Notes under the pieces: model-generated
What the model saw: the letters and a program-made list of their open reading frames with translations, nothing else
Told to the model about the DNA's origin: nothing
The model's database searches: none
Program-made: the position numbers and the translations under genes
In this document: positions 25,998 to 39,700 of the stretch, piece by piece
Layout of the letters: each line of letters starts with the position of its first letter
How positions within the stretch are numbered: the first letter of the stretch is position 1
From: the human T2T-CHM13v2.0 reference genome, Homo sapiens
Assembly: GCF_009914755.1 (NCBI RefSeq)
Contig: NC_060939.1
Direction: 5' to 3' (one strand)
DNA: 64,000 nucleotides

Positions 25998-28900
25998 TTG
26001 AGTCCATTCAATTCCATTCCTTTCGTTTCCATTCCATTTGATGCCATTCCATTCAATTCTGTTCTACTCGACTCCAATACACTCAATTCCATTCCATCCG
26101 ATTCCATTACATTCTTTTCATTTCTTATCCATTTCAAGCCATTCCACTCCATTCCATTCCACTCGTTTCCTTTCCATTCGAGTCCATTCCTCTCCAGTCC
26201 ATTCCGTTCAATCCATTCCATTCCAGTCCATTCCATTCGAGTCCGTTCCATTCCAGTCCATTCCATTCGAGTCAATTCCATCCCATTCGATGTCTTTCCA
26301 TAACGATCCATTCCATTCTATTCCTTTCGATTCCATTCCATTCTATTTCATTCCATTCGATTCCCTTCCATTGGACTCCTTTCCATTCGAGTGCATTCCA
26401 TTCCTTTCCATTTCTTTCCGTTCTGTACGATTCCTACCGTTCGATTTCATTTTGTTCCAGTCCATTCCTTTCGCGTCCATTCCATTCCATTTCACTCCAT
26501 TCGATTCCATTCCACTCGATTCCACTTCGTTCCATTTCATTGCATTCCATTCTATTCAACTCTATTGCCTTCCATTCCATTCCATTCGATTACATTCCAT
26601 GCGATTCCATTCGAAATCGAATCAATTACATTGCAATCCATTACTATTGAGTCCGTTTTATTCCAGTCCACTGCATTCTGGTCCATTCCATTTGATTCCA
26701 TTCCATTCTATTCCATTCCATACAGTTGCATTCCATTGGATTCCATGCTATATCTATAAATTCAATTCGAGACCATTGCTTTTGAGTCCATTCTATATGA
26801 TTCCATTCCATTCAAGTCCATTACATTTGGTTCAATTCCATTCCATTCCATTCCCTTCCATTCCATTCCATTTGATATCAATCCATTCGATTCCATTCCA
26901 TTCGAGCACATTCCATTCGAGTCCATTCCATTCGATGCCATTCCATTTGATTCTATTCCATTAGTCTCCATTCAATTCCATTAATCTCCATTCCATTCCA
27001 TTCTACTCCAACTGATTCCATTCCATTCTATTCCTTTCCATTCCTTTTCATTCCATTCCATTCCATTTCATTCCATTCCATTCCATTCGTATCCATTCCA
27101 CTCCAGTCCATTCCATTCGTGTCCATTCCATTCCAGTCCATTCCATTTGTGTCCACTGCATTCCATTCCACTCCATTCCATATTATTCCATTACACTCCA
27201 TTCCATTCTATTACTTTCATTTCCATTCAATTCCATTCCATTTGATTCCATTCCACTCGGTTTCATTCCATTTGAGTCCACTCCATTCCATTCCATTCCA
27301 TTCCATTCAGTTCCATTCCATTCTGTTCCATTCCATTCCGTTCCATTACATTCCATTCCATTCGGTACCATTCCATATTGTTCCATTCGATTCCATTCGA
27401 ATCCATTCCATTCCAGTCCATTCCATTCGATTCCATTCCATTCATTTCAATTCCATTCCATTCCATTCCATTACATTCCACTTGATTCCTCTCCATTCCC
27501 TTCCACTGCATTCCGTTCGATTCCATTCCATTGCATTGCATTCCATTCCATTGGATTGCATTCCATTCGATTCCATTCCATTCGAATCAATTACATAGCA
27601 ATCCATTACATTCGAGTCTATTCTCTTCCGTTCCATTCGATTTCGTTCCAATCCATTCGATTCCATTCCATTCGATTCCATTCCATACTATTGCATTCCA
27701 TTCGATTACATTATATTCGAATAAGTTCCATTCAAGACCATTTCTTTTGAGTCCATTCTATTTGAGTCCATTCCCTTTGATTCCATAACATTTGAGTCCA
27801 TTCAATTCCATTCCTTTCGTTTCCATTCCATTTGATGCCATTCCATTCAATTCTGTTCTACTCGACTCCAATACATTCAATTCCATTCCATCCGATTCCA
27901 TTACATTCTTTTCATTTCTTATCCATTTCAAGCCATTCCACTCCATTCCATTCCACTCGTTTCCTTTCCATTCGAGTCCATTCCTCTCCAGTCCATTCCG
28001 TTCAATCCATTCCATTCCAGTCCATTCCATTCGAGTCCGTTCCATTCCAGTCCATTCCATTCGAGTCAATTCCATCCCATTCGATGTCTTTCCATAACGA
28101 TCCATTCCATTCTATTCCTTTCGATTCCATTCCATTCTATTTCATTCCATTCGATTCCCTTCCATTGGACTCCTTTCCATTCGAGTGCATTCCATTCCTT
28201 TCCATTTCTTTCCGTTCTGTACGATTCCTACCGTTCGATTTCATTTTGTTCCAGTCCATTCCTTTCGCGTCCATTCCATTCCATTTCACTCCATTCGATT
28301 CCATTCCACTCGATTCCACTTCGTTCCATTTCATTGCATTCCATTCTATTCAACTCTATTGCCTTCCATTCCATTCCATTCGATTACATTCCATGCGATT
28401 CCATTCGAAATCGAATCAATTACATTGCAATCCATTACTATTGAGTCCGTTTTATTCCAGTCCACTGCATTCTGGTCCATTCCATTTGATTCCATTCCAT
28501 TCTATTCCATTCCATACAGTTGCATTCCATTGGATTCCATGCTATATCTATAAATTCACTTCGAGACCATTGCTTTTGAGTCCATTCTATATGATTCCAT
28601 TCCATTCAAGTCCATTACATTTGGTTCAATTCCATTCCATTCCATTCCCTTCCATTCCATTCCATTTGATATCAATCCATTCGATTCCATTCCATTCGAG
28701 CACATTCCATTCGAGTCCATTCCATTCGATGCCATTCCATTTGATTCTATTCCATTAGTCTCCATTCAATTCCATTAATCTCCATTCCATTCCATTCTAC
28801 TCCAACTGATTCCATTCCATTCTATTCCTTTCCATTCCATTTCATTCCATTCCATTCCATTTCATTCCATTCCATTCCATTCGTATCCATTCCACTCCAG

Positions 28901-31900
28901 TCCATTCCATTCGTGTCCATTCCATTCCAGTCCATTCCATTTGTGTCCACTGCATTCCATTCCACTCCATTCCATATTATTCCATTACACTCCATTCCAT
29001 TCTATTACTTTCATTTCCATTCAATTCCATTCCATTTGATTCCATTCCACTCGGTTTCATTCCATTTGAGTCCACTCCATTCCATTCCATTCCATTCCAT
29101 TCAGTTCCATTCCATTCTGTTCCATTCCATTCCGTTCCATTACATTCCATTCCATTCGGTACCATTCCATATTGTTCCATTCGATTCCATTCGAATCCAT
29201 TCCATTCCAGTCCATTCCATTCGATTCCATTCCATTCATTTCAATTCCATTCCATTCCATTCCATTACATTCCACTTGATTCCTCTCCATTCCCTTCCAC
29301 TGCATTCCGTTCGATTCCATTCCATTGCATTGCATTCCATTCCATTGGATTGCATTCCATTCGATTCCATTCCATTCGAATCAATTACATAGCAATCCAT
29401 TACATTCGAGTCTATTCTCTTCCGTTCCATTCGATTTCGTTCCAATCCATTCGATTCCATTCCATTCGATTCCATTCCATACTATTGCATTCCATTCGAT
29501 TACATTATATTCGAATAAGTTCCATTCAAGACCATTTCTTTTGAGTCCATTCTATTTGAGTCCATTCCCTTTGATTCCATAACATTTGAGTCCATTCAAT
29601 TCCATTCCTTTCGTTTCCATTCCATTTGATGCCATTCCATTCAATTCTGTTCTACTCGACTCCAATACATTCAATTCCATTCCATCCGATTCCATTACAT
29701 TCTTTTCATTTCTTATCCATTTCAAGCCATTCCACTCCATTCCATTCCACTCGTTTCCTTTCCATTCGAGTCCATTCCTCTCCAGTCCATTCCGTTCAAT
29801 CCATTCCATTCCAGTCCATTCCATTCGAGTCCGTTCCATTCCAGTCCATTCCATTCGAGTCAATTCCATCCCATTCGATGTCTTTCCATAACGATCCATT
29901 CCATTCTATTCCTTTCGATTCCATTCCATTCTATTTCATTCCATTCGATTCCCTTCCATTGGACTCCTTTCCATTCGAGTGCATTCCATTCCTTTCCATT
30001 TCTTTCCGTTCTGTACGATTCCTACCGTTCGATTTCATTTTGTTCCAGTCCATTCCTTTCGCGTCCATTCCATTCCATTTCACTCCATTCGATTCCATTC
30101 CACTCGATTCCACTTCGTTCCATTTCATTGCATTCCATTCTATTCAACTCTATTGCCTTCCATTCCATTCCATTCGATTACATTCCATGCGATTCCATTC
30201 GAAATCGAATCAATTACATTGCAATCCATTACTATTGAGTCCGTTTTATTCCAGTCCACTGCATTCTGGTCCATTCCATTTGATTCCATTCCATTCTATT
30301 CCATTCCATACAGTTGCATTCCATTGGATTCCATGCTATATCTATAAATTCAATTCGAGACCATTGCTTTTGAGTCCATTCTATATGATTCCATTCCATT
30401 CAAGTCCATTACATTTGGTTCAATTCCATTCCATTCCATTCCCTTCCATTCCATTCCATTTGATATCAATCCATTCGATTCCATTCCATTCGAGCACATT
30501 CCATTCGAGTCCATTCCATTCGATGCCATTCCATTTGATTCTATTCCATTAGTCTCCATTCAATTCCATTAATCTCCATTCCATTCCATTCTACTCCAAC
30601 TGATTCCATTCCATTCTATTCCTTTCCATTCCATTTCATTCCATTCCATTCCATTTCATTCCATTCCATTCCATTCGTATCCATTCCACTCCAGTCCATT
30701 CCATTCGTGTCCATTCCATTCCAGTCCATTCCATTTGTGTCCACTGCATTCCATTCCACTCCATTCCATATTATTCCATTACACTCCATTCCATTCTATT
30801 ACTTTCATTTCCATTCAATTCCATTCCATTTGATTCCATTCCACTCGGTTTCATTCCATTTGAGTCCACTCCATTCCATTCCATTCCATTCCATTCAGTT
30901 CCATTCCATTCTGTTCCATTCCATTCCGTTCCATTACATTCCATTCCATTCGGTACCATTCCATATTGTTCCATTCGATTCCATTCGAATCCATTCCATT
31001 CCAGTCCATTCCATTCGATTCCATTCCATTCATTTCAATTCCATTCCATTCCATTCCATTACATTCCACTTGATTCCTCTCCATTCCCTTCCACTGCATT
31101 CCGTTCGATTCCATTCCATTGCATTGCATTCCATTCCATTGGATTGCATTCCATTCGATTCCATTCCATTCGAATCAATTACATAGCAATCCATTACATT
31201 CGAGTCTATTCTCTTCCGTTCCATTCGATTTCGTTCCAATCCATTCGATTCCATTCCATTCGATTCCATTCCATACTATTGCATTCCATTCGATTACATT
31301 ATATTCGAATAAGTTCCATTCAAGACCATTTCTTTTGAGTCCATTCTATTTGAGTCCATTCCCTTTGATTCCATAACATTTGAGTCCATTCAATTCCATT
31401 CCTTTCGTTTCCATTCCATTTGATGCCATTCCATTCAATTCTGTTCTACTCGACTCCAATACATTCAATTCCATTCCATCCGATTCCATTACATTCTTTT
31501 CATTTCTTATCCATTTCAAGCCATTCCACTCCATTCCATTCCACTCGTTTCCTTTCCATTCGAGTCCATTCCTCTCCAGTCCATTCCGTTCAATCCATTC
31601 CATTCCAGTCCATTCCATTCGAGTCCGTTCCATTCCAGTCCATTCCATTCGAGTCAATTCCATCCCATTCGATGTCTTTCCATAACGATCCATTCCATTC
31701 TATTCCTTTCGATTCCATTCCATTCTATTTCATTCCATTCGATTCCCTTCCATTGGACTCCTTTCCATTCGAGTGCATTCCATTCCTTTCCATTTCTTTC
31801 CGTTCTGTACGATTCCTACCGTTCGATTTCATTTTGTTCCAGTCCATTCCTTTCGCGTCCATTCCATTCCATTTCACTCCATTCGATTCCATTCCACTCG

Positions 31901-32380
31901 ATTCCACTTCGTTCCATTTCATTGCATTCCATTCTATTCAACTCTATTGCCTTCCATTCCATTCCATTCGATTACATTCCATGCGATTCCATTCGAAATC
32001 GAATCAATTACATTGCAATCCATTACTATTGAGTCCGTTTTATTCCAGTCCACTGCATTCTGGTCCATTCCATTTGATTCCATTCCATTCTATTCCATTC
32101 CATACAGTTGCATTCCATTGGATTCCATGCTATATCTATAAATTCAATTCGAGACCATTGCTTTTGAGTCCATTCTATATGATTCCATTCCATTCAAGTC
32201 CATTACATTTGGTTCAATTCCATTCCATTCCATTCCCTTCCATTCCATTCCATTTGATATCAATCCATTCGATTCCATTCCATTCGAGCACATTCCATTC
32301 GAGTCCATTCCATTCGATGCCATTCCATTTGATTCTATTCCATTAGTCTCCATTCAATTCCATTAATCTCCATTCCATTC
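25998..32380 (+). repeat. Recently homogenised run of near-identical 1794-bp monomers
   Basis: Three consecutive 1794-bp spacings with a shared CGTATCC variant at ~27088, 28882 and 30676. The translated frames are identical except for isolated substitutions (e.g. AATTCACT at ~28553). Confidence 0.88.
27792..29585 (+). repeat. Representative modal 1794-bp higher-order repeat unit
   Basis: Landmark-to-landmark distance is 1794. It carries single-copy landmarks GATC (AACGATCC), CGCG (TTTCGCGT), TATAAA, GATATC, ATTAAT and GGTACC (29158). It is nearly identical to both neighbours. Confidence 0.95.
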
Positions 32381-35300
32381 CATTTTACTCCAACTGATTC
32401 CATTCCATTCTATTCCTTTCCATTCCATTTCATTCCATTCCATTCCATTCCATTCCATTCAATTCCATTCCATTCCATTCGTGTCCATTCCACTCCAGTC
32501 CATTCCATTCGTGTCCATTCCATTCCAGTCCATTCCATTTGTGTCCACTGCATTCCATTCCACTCCATTCCATATTATTCCATTACACTCCATTCCATTC
32601 TATCACTTTCATTTCCATTCAATTCCATTCCATTTGATTCCATTCCACTCGGTTTCATTCCATTTGAGTCCACTCCATTCCATTCCATTCCATTCAGTTC
32701 CATTACATTCTGTTCCATTACATTCCATTCCATTCGGTACCATTCCATATTGTTCCATTCGATTCCATTCGAATCCATTCCATTCCAGTCCATTCCATTC
32801 GATTCCATTCCATTCATTTCAATTCCATTCCATTCCATTCCATTACATTCCACTTGATTCCTCTCCATTCCCTTCCACTGCATTCCGTTCGATTCCATTC
32901 CATTGCATTGCATTCCATTCCATTGGATTGCATTCCATTCGATTCCATTCCATTCGAATCAATTACATAGCAATCCATTACATTCGAGTCTATTCTATTC
33001 CGTTCCATTCGATTTCGTTCCAATCCATTCGATTCCATTCCATTCGATTCCATTCCATACTATTGCATTTCATTCGATTACATTATATTCGAATAAGTTC
33101 CATTCAAGACCATTTCTTTTGAGTCCATTCTATTTGAGTCCATTCCCTTTGATTCCATAACATTTGAGTCCATTCAATTCCATTCCTTTCGTTTCCATTC
33201 CATTTGATGCCATTCCATTCAATTCTATTCTACTCGACTCCAATACATTCAATTCCATTCCATCCGATTCCATTACATTCTTTTCATTTCTTATCCATTT
33301 CAAGCCATTCCACTCCATTCCATTCCACTCGTTTCCTTTCCATTCGAGTCCATTCCTCTCCAGTCCATTCCGTTCAATCCATTCCATTCCAGTCCATTCC
33401 ATTCGAGTCCGTTCCATTCCAGTCCATTCCATTCGAGTCAATTCCATCCCATTCGATGTCTTTCCATAACGATCCATTCCATTCTATTCCTTTCAATTCC
33501 ATTCCATTCTATTTCATTCCATTCGATTCCCTTCCATTGGACTCCTTTCCATCCGAGTGCATTCCATTCCGTTCCATTTCTTTCCGTTCTGTACGATTCC
33601 TACCGTTCGATTTCATTTTGTTCCAGTCCATTCCTTTCGCGTCCATTCCATTCCATTTCACTCCATTCGATTCCATTCCACTCGATTCCACTTCGTTCCA
33701 TTTCATTGCATTCCATTCTATTCAACTCTATTGCCTTCCATTCCATTCCATTCGATTACATTCCATGCGATTCCATTCGCAATCGAATCAATTACATTGC
33801 AATCCATTACTATTGAGTCCGTTTTATTCCAGTCCACTGCATTCTGGTCCATTCCATTTGATTCCATTCCATTCTATTCCATTCCATACAGTTGCATTCC
33901 TTTGGATTCCATGCTATATATATAAATTCAATTCGAGACCATTGCTTTTGAGTCCATTCTATATGATTCCATTCCATTCAAGTCCATTACATTTGGTTCA
34001 ATTCCATTCCATTCCATTCCCTTCCATTCCATTCCAGTTGATATCAATCCATTCGATTCCATTCCATTCGAGCACATTCCATTCGAGTCCATTCCATTCG
34101 ATGCCATTCCATTTGATTCTATTCCATTAGTCTCCATTCAATTCCATTAATCTCCATTCCATTCCATTCTACTCCAACTGATTCCATTCCATTCTATTCC
34201 TTTTCATTCCATTTCATTCCATTCCATTCCATTTCATTCCATTCCATTCCATTCGCTTCCATTCCATTCGTGTCCATTCCACTCCAGTCCATTCCATTCG
34301 TGTCCATTCCATTCCAGTCCATTCCATTTGTATCCACTGCATTCCATTCCACTCCATTCCATATTATTCCATTACACTCCCTTCCATTCTATTACTTTCA
34401 TTTCCATTCAATTCCATTCCATTTGATTCCATTCCACTCGGTTTCATTCCATTTGAGTCCACTCCATTCCATTCCATTCCATTCCATTCAGTTCCATTCC
34501 ATTCTGTTCCATTCCATTCCGTTCCATTACATTCCATTCCATTCGGTACCATTCCATATTGTTCCATTCGATTCCATTCGAATCCATTCCATTCCAGTCC
34601 ATTCCATTCGATTCCATTCCATTCATTTCAATTCCATTCCATTCCATTCCATTACATTCCACTTGATTCCTCTCCATTCCCTTCCACTGCATTCCGTTCG
34701 ATTCCATTCCATTGCATTGCATTCCATTCCATTGGATTGCATTCCATTCGATTCCATTCCATTCGAATCAATTACATAGCAATCCATTACATTCGAGTCT
34801 ATTCTATTCCGTTCCATTCGATTTCGTTCCAATCCATTCGATTCCATTCCATTCGATTCCATTCCATACTATTGCATTTCATTCGATTACATTATATTCG
34901 AATAAGTTCCATTCAAGACCATTTCTTTTGAGTCCATTCTATTTGAGTCCATTCCCTTTGATTCCATAACATTTGAGTCCATTCAATTCCATTCCTTTCG
35001 TTTCCATTCCATTTGATGCCATTCCATTCAATTCTGTTCTACTCGACTACAATACATTCAATTCCATTCCATCCGATTCCATTACATTCTTTTCATTTCT
35101 TATCCATTTCAAGCCATTCCACTCCATTCCATTCCACTCGTTTCCTTTCCATTCGAGTCCATTCCTCTCCAGTCCATTCCGTTCAATCCATTCCATTCCA
35201 GTCCATTCCATTCGAGTCCGTTCCATTCCAGTCCATTCCATTCGAGTCAATTCCATCCCATTCGATGTCTTTCCATAACGATCCATTCCATTCTATTCCT

Positions 35301-36760
35301 TTCAATTCCATTCCATTCTATTTCATTCCATTCGATTCCCTTCCATTGGACTCCTTTCCATTCGAGTGCATTCCATTCCGTTCCATTTTTTCCGTTCTGT
35401 ACGATTCCTACCGTTCGATTTCATTTTGTTCCAGTCCATCCCTTTCGCGTCCATTCCATTCCATTTCACTCCATTCGATTCCATTGCACTCGATTCCACT
35501 TCGTTCCATTTCATTGCATTCCATTCTATTCAACTCTATTGCCTTCCATTCCATTCCATTCGATTACATTCCATGCGATTCCATTCGAAATCGAATCAAT
35601 TACATTGCAATCCATTACTATTGAGTCCGTTTTATTCCAGTCCACTGCATTCTGGTCCATTCCATTTGATTCCATTCCATTCTATTCCATTCCATACAGT
35701 TGCATTCCATTGGATTCCATGCTATATCTATAAATTCAATTCGAGACCATTGCTTTTGAGTCCATTCTATATGATTCCATTCCATTCAAGTCCATTACAT
35801 TTGGTTCAATTCCATTCCATTCCATTCCATTCCCTTCCATTCCATTCCATTTGATATCAATCCATTCGATTCCATTCCATTCGAGCACATTCCATTCGAG
35901 TCCATTCCATTCGATGCCATTCCATTTGATTCTATTCCATTAGTCTCCATTCAATTCCATTAATCTCCATTCCATTCCATTTTACTCCAACTGATTCCAT
36001 TCCATTCTATTCCTTTCCATTCCATTTCATTCCATTCCATTCCATTCCATTCCACTCCATTCGTGTCCATTCCACTCCAGTCCATTCCATTCGTGTCCAT
36101 TCCATTCCAGTCCATTCCATTTGTGTCCACTGCATTCCATTCCACTCCATTCCATATTATTCCAATACACTCCATTCCATTCTATCACTTTCATTTCCAT
36201 TCAATTCCATTCCATTTGATTCCATTCCACTCGGTTTCATTCCATTTGAGTCCACTCCATTCCATTCCATTCCATTCTATTCAGTTCCATTCCATTCTGT
36301 TCCATTCCATTCCGTTCCATTACATTCCATTCCATTCGGTACCATTCCATATTGTTCCATTCGATTCCATTCGAATCCATTCCATTCCAGTCCATTCCAT
36401 TCGATTCCATTCCATTCATTTCAATTCCATTCCATTCCATTACATTCCACTTGATTCCTCTCCATTCCCTTCCACTGCATTCCGTTCGATTCCATTCCAT
36501 TGCATTGCATTCCATTCCATTGGATTGCATTCCATTCGATTCCATTCCATTCGAATCAATTACATAGCAATCCATTACATTCGAGTCTATTCTCTTCCGT
36601 TCCATTCGATTTCGTTCCAATCCATTCGATTCCATTCCATTCGATTCCATTCCATACTATTGCATTTCATTCGATTACATTATATTCGAATAAGTTCCAT
36701 TCAAGACCATTTCTTTTGAGTCCATTCTATTTGAGTCCATTCCCTTTGATTCCATAACAT

Positions 36761-39700
36761 TTGAGTCCATTCAATTCCATTCCTTTCGTTTCCATTCCAT
36801 TTGATGCCATTCCATTCAATTCTGTTCTACTCGACTCCAATACATTCAATTCCATTCCATCCGATTCCATTACATTCTTTTCATTTCTTATCCATTTCAA
36901 GCCATTCCACTCCATTCCATTCCACTCGTTTCCTTTCCATTCGAGTCCATTCCTCTCCAGTCCATTCCGTTCAATCCATTCCATTCCAGTCCATTCCATT
37001 CGAGTCCGTTCCATTCCAGTCCATTCCATTCGAGTCAATTCCATCCCATTCGATGTCTTTCCATAGCGATCCATTCCATTCTATTCCTTTCAATTCCATT
37101 CCATTCTATTTCATTCCATTCGATTCCCTTCCATTGGACTCCTTTCCATTCGAGTGCATTCCATTCCGTTCCATTTCTTTCCGTTCTGTACGATTCCTAC
37201 CGTTCGATTTCATTTTGTTCCAGTCCATTCCTTTCGCGTCCATTCCATTCCATTTCACTCCATTCGATTCCATTCCACTCGATTCCACTTCGTTCCATTT
37301 CATTGCATTCCATTCTATTCAACTCTATTGCCTTCCATTCCATTCCATTCGATTACATTCCATGCGATTCCATTTGAAATCGAATCAATTACATTGCAAT
37401 CCATTACAATTGAGTCCGTTTTATTCCAGTCCACTGCATTCTGGTCCATTCCATTTGATTCCATTCCATTCTATTCCATTCCATACAGTTGCATTCCTTT
37501 GGATTCCATGCTATATATATAAATTCAATTCGAGACCATTGCTTTTGAGTCCATTCTATATGATTCCATTCCATTCAAGTCCATTACATTTGGTTCAATT
37601 CCATTCCATTCCATTCCCTTCCATTCCATTCCAGTTGATATCAATCCATTCGATTCCATTCCATTCGAGCACATTCCATTCGAGTCCATTCCATTCGATG
37701 CCATTCCATTTGATTCTATTCCATTAGTCTCCATTCAATTCCATTAATCTCCATTCCATTCCATTCTACTCCAACTGATTCCATTCCATTCTATTCCTTT
37801 CCATTCCATTTCATTCCATTCCATTCCATTTCATTCCATTCCATTCCATTCGCTTCCATTCCATTCGTGTCCATTCCACTCCAGTCCATTCCATTCGTGT
37901 CCATTCCATTCCAGTCCATTCCATTTGTGTCCACTGCATTCCATTCCACTCCATTCCATATTATTCCATTACACTCCCTTCCATTCTATTACTTTCATTT
38001 CCATTCAATTCCATTCCATTTGATTCCATTCCACTCGGTTTCATTCCATTTGAGTCCACTCCATTCCATTCCATTCCATTCCATTCAGTTCCATTCCATT
38101 CTGTTCCATTCCATTCCGTTCCATTACATTCCATTCCATTCGGTACCATTCCATATTGTTCCATTCGATTCCATTCGAATCCATTCCATTCCAGTCCATT
38201 CCATTCGATTCCATTCCATTCATTTCAATTCCATTCCATTCCATTCCATTACATTCCACTTGATTCCTCTCCATTCCCTTCCACTGCATTCCGTTCGATT
38301 CCATTCCATTGCATTGCATTCCATTCCATTGGATTGCATTCCATTCGATTCCATTCCATTCGAATCAATTACATAGCAATCCATTACATTCGAGTCTATT
38401 CTATTCCGTTCCATTCGATTTCGTTCCAATCCATTCGATTCCATTCCATTCGATTCCATTCCATACCATTGCATTCCATTCGATTACATTATATTCGAAT
38501 AAGTTCCATTCAAGACCATTTCTTTTGAGTCCATTCTATTTGAGTCCATTCCCTTTGATTCCTTAACATTTGAGTCCATTCAATTCCATTCCTTTCGTTT
38601 CCATTCCATTTGATGCCATTCCATTCAATTCGGTTCTACTCGACTCCAATACATTCAATTCCATTCCATCCGATTCCATTACATTCTTTTCATTTCTTAT
38701 CCATTTCAAGCCATTCCACTCCATTCCTTTCCACTCGTTTCCTTTCCATTCGAGTCCATTCCTCTCCAGTCCATTCCGTTCAATCCATTCCATTCCAGTC
38801 CATTCCATTCGAGTCCGTTCCATTCCAGTCCATTCCATTCGAGTCAATTCCATTCCATTCGATGTCTTTCCATAACGATCCATTCCATTCTATTCCTTTC
38901 GATTCCATTCCATTCTATTTCATTCCATTCGATTCCCTTCCATTGGACTCCTTTCCATTCGAGTGCATTCCATTCCTTTCCATTTCTTTCCGTTCTGTAC
39001 GATTCCTACCGTTCGATTTCATTTTGTTCCAGTCCATTCCTTTCGCGTCCATTCCATTCCATTTCACTCCATTCGATTCCATTCCACTCGATTCCACTTC
39101 GTTCCATTTCATTTCATTCCATTCTATTCAACTCTATTGCCTTCCATTCCATTCCATTCGATTACATTCCATGCGATTCCATTCGAAATCGAATCAATTA
39201 AATTGCAATCCATTACTATTGAGTCCGTTTTATTCCAGTCCACTGCATTCTGGTCCATTCCATTTGATTCCATTCCATTCTATTCCATTCCATACAGTTG
39301 CATTCCATTGGATTCCATGCTATATCTATAAATTCAATTCGAGACCATTGCTTTTGAGTCCATTCTATATGATTCCATTCCATTCAAGTCCATTACATTT
39401 GGTTCAATTCCATTCCATTCCATTCCCTTCCATTCCATTCCATTTGATATCAATCCATTCGATTCCATTCCATTCGAGCACATTCCATTCGAGTCCATTC
39501 CATTCGATGCCATTCCATTTGATTCTATTCCATTAGTCTCCATTCAATTCCATTAATCTCCATTCCATTCCATTCTACTCCAACTGATTCCATTCCATTC
39601 TATTCCTTTCCATTCCATTCCATTCCATTCCATTCCATTTCATTCCATTCCATTCCATTCGTGTCCATTCCACTCCAGTCCATTCCATTTAGGTCCATTC

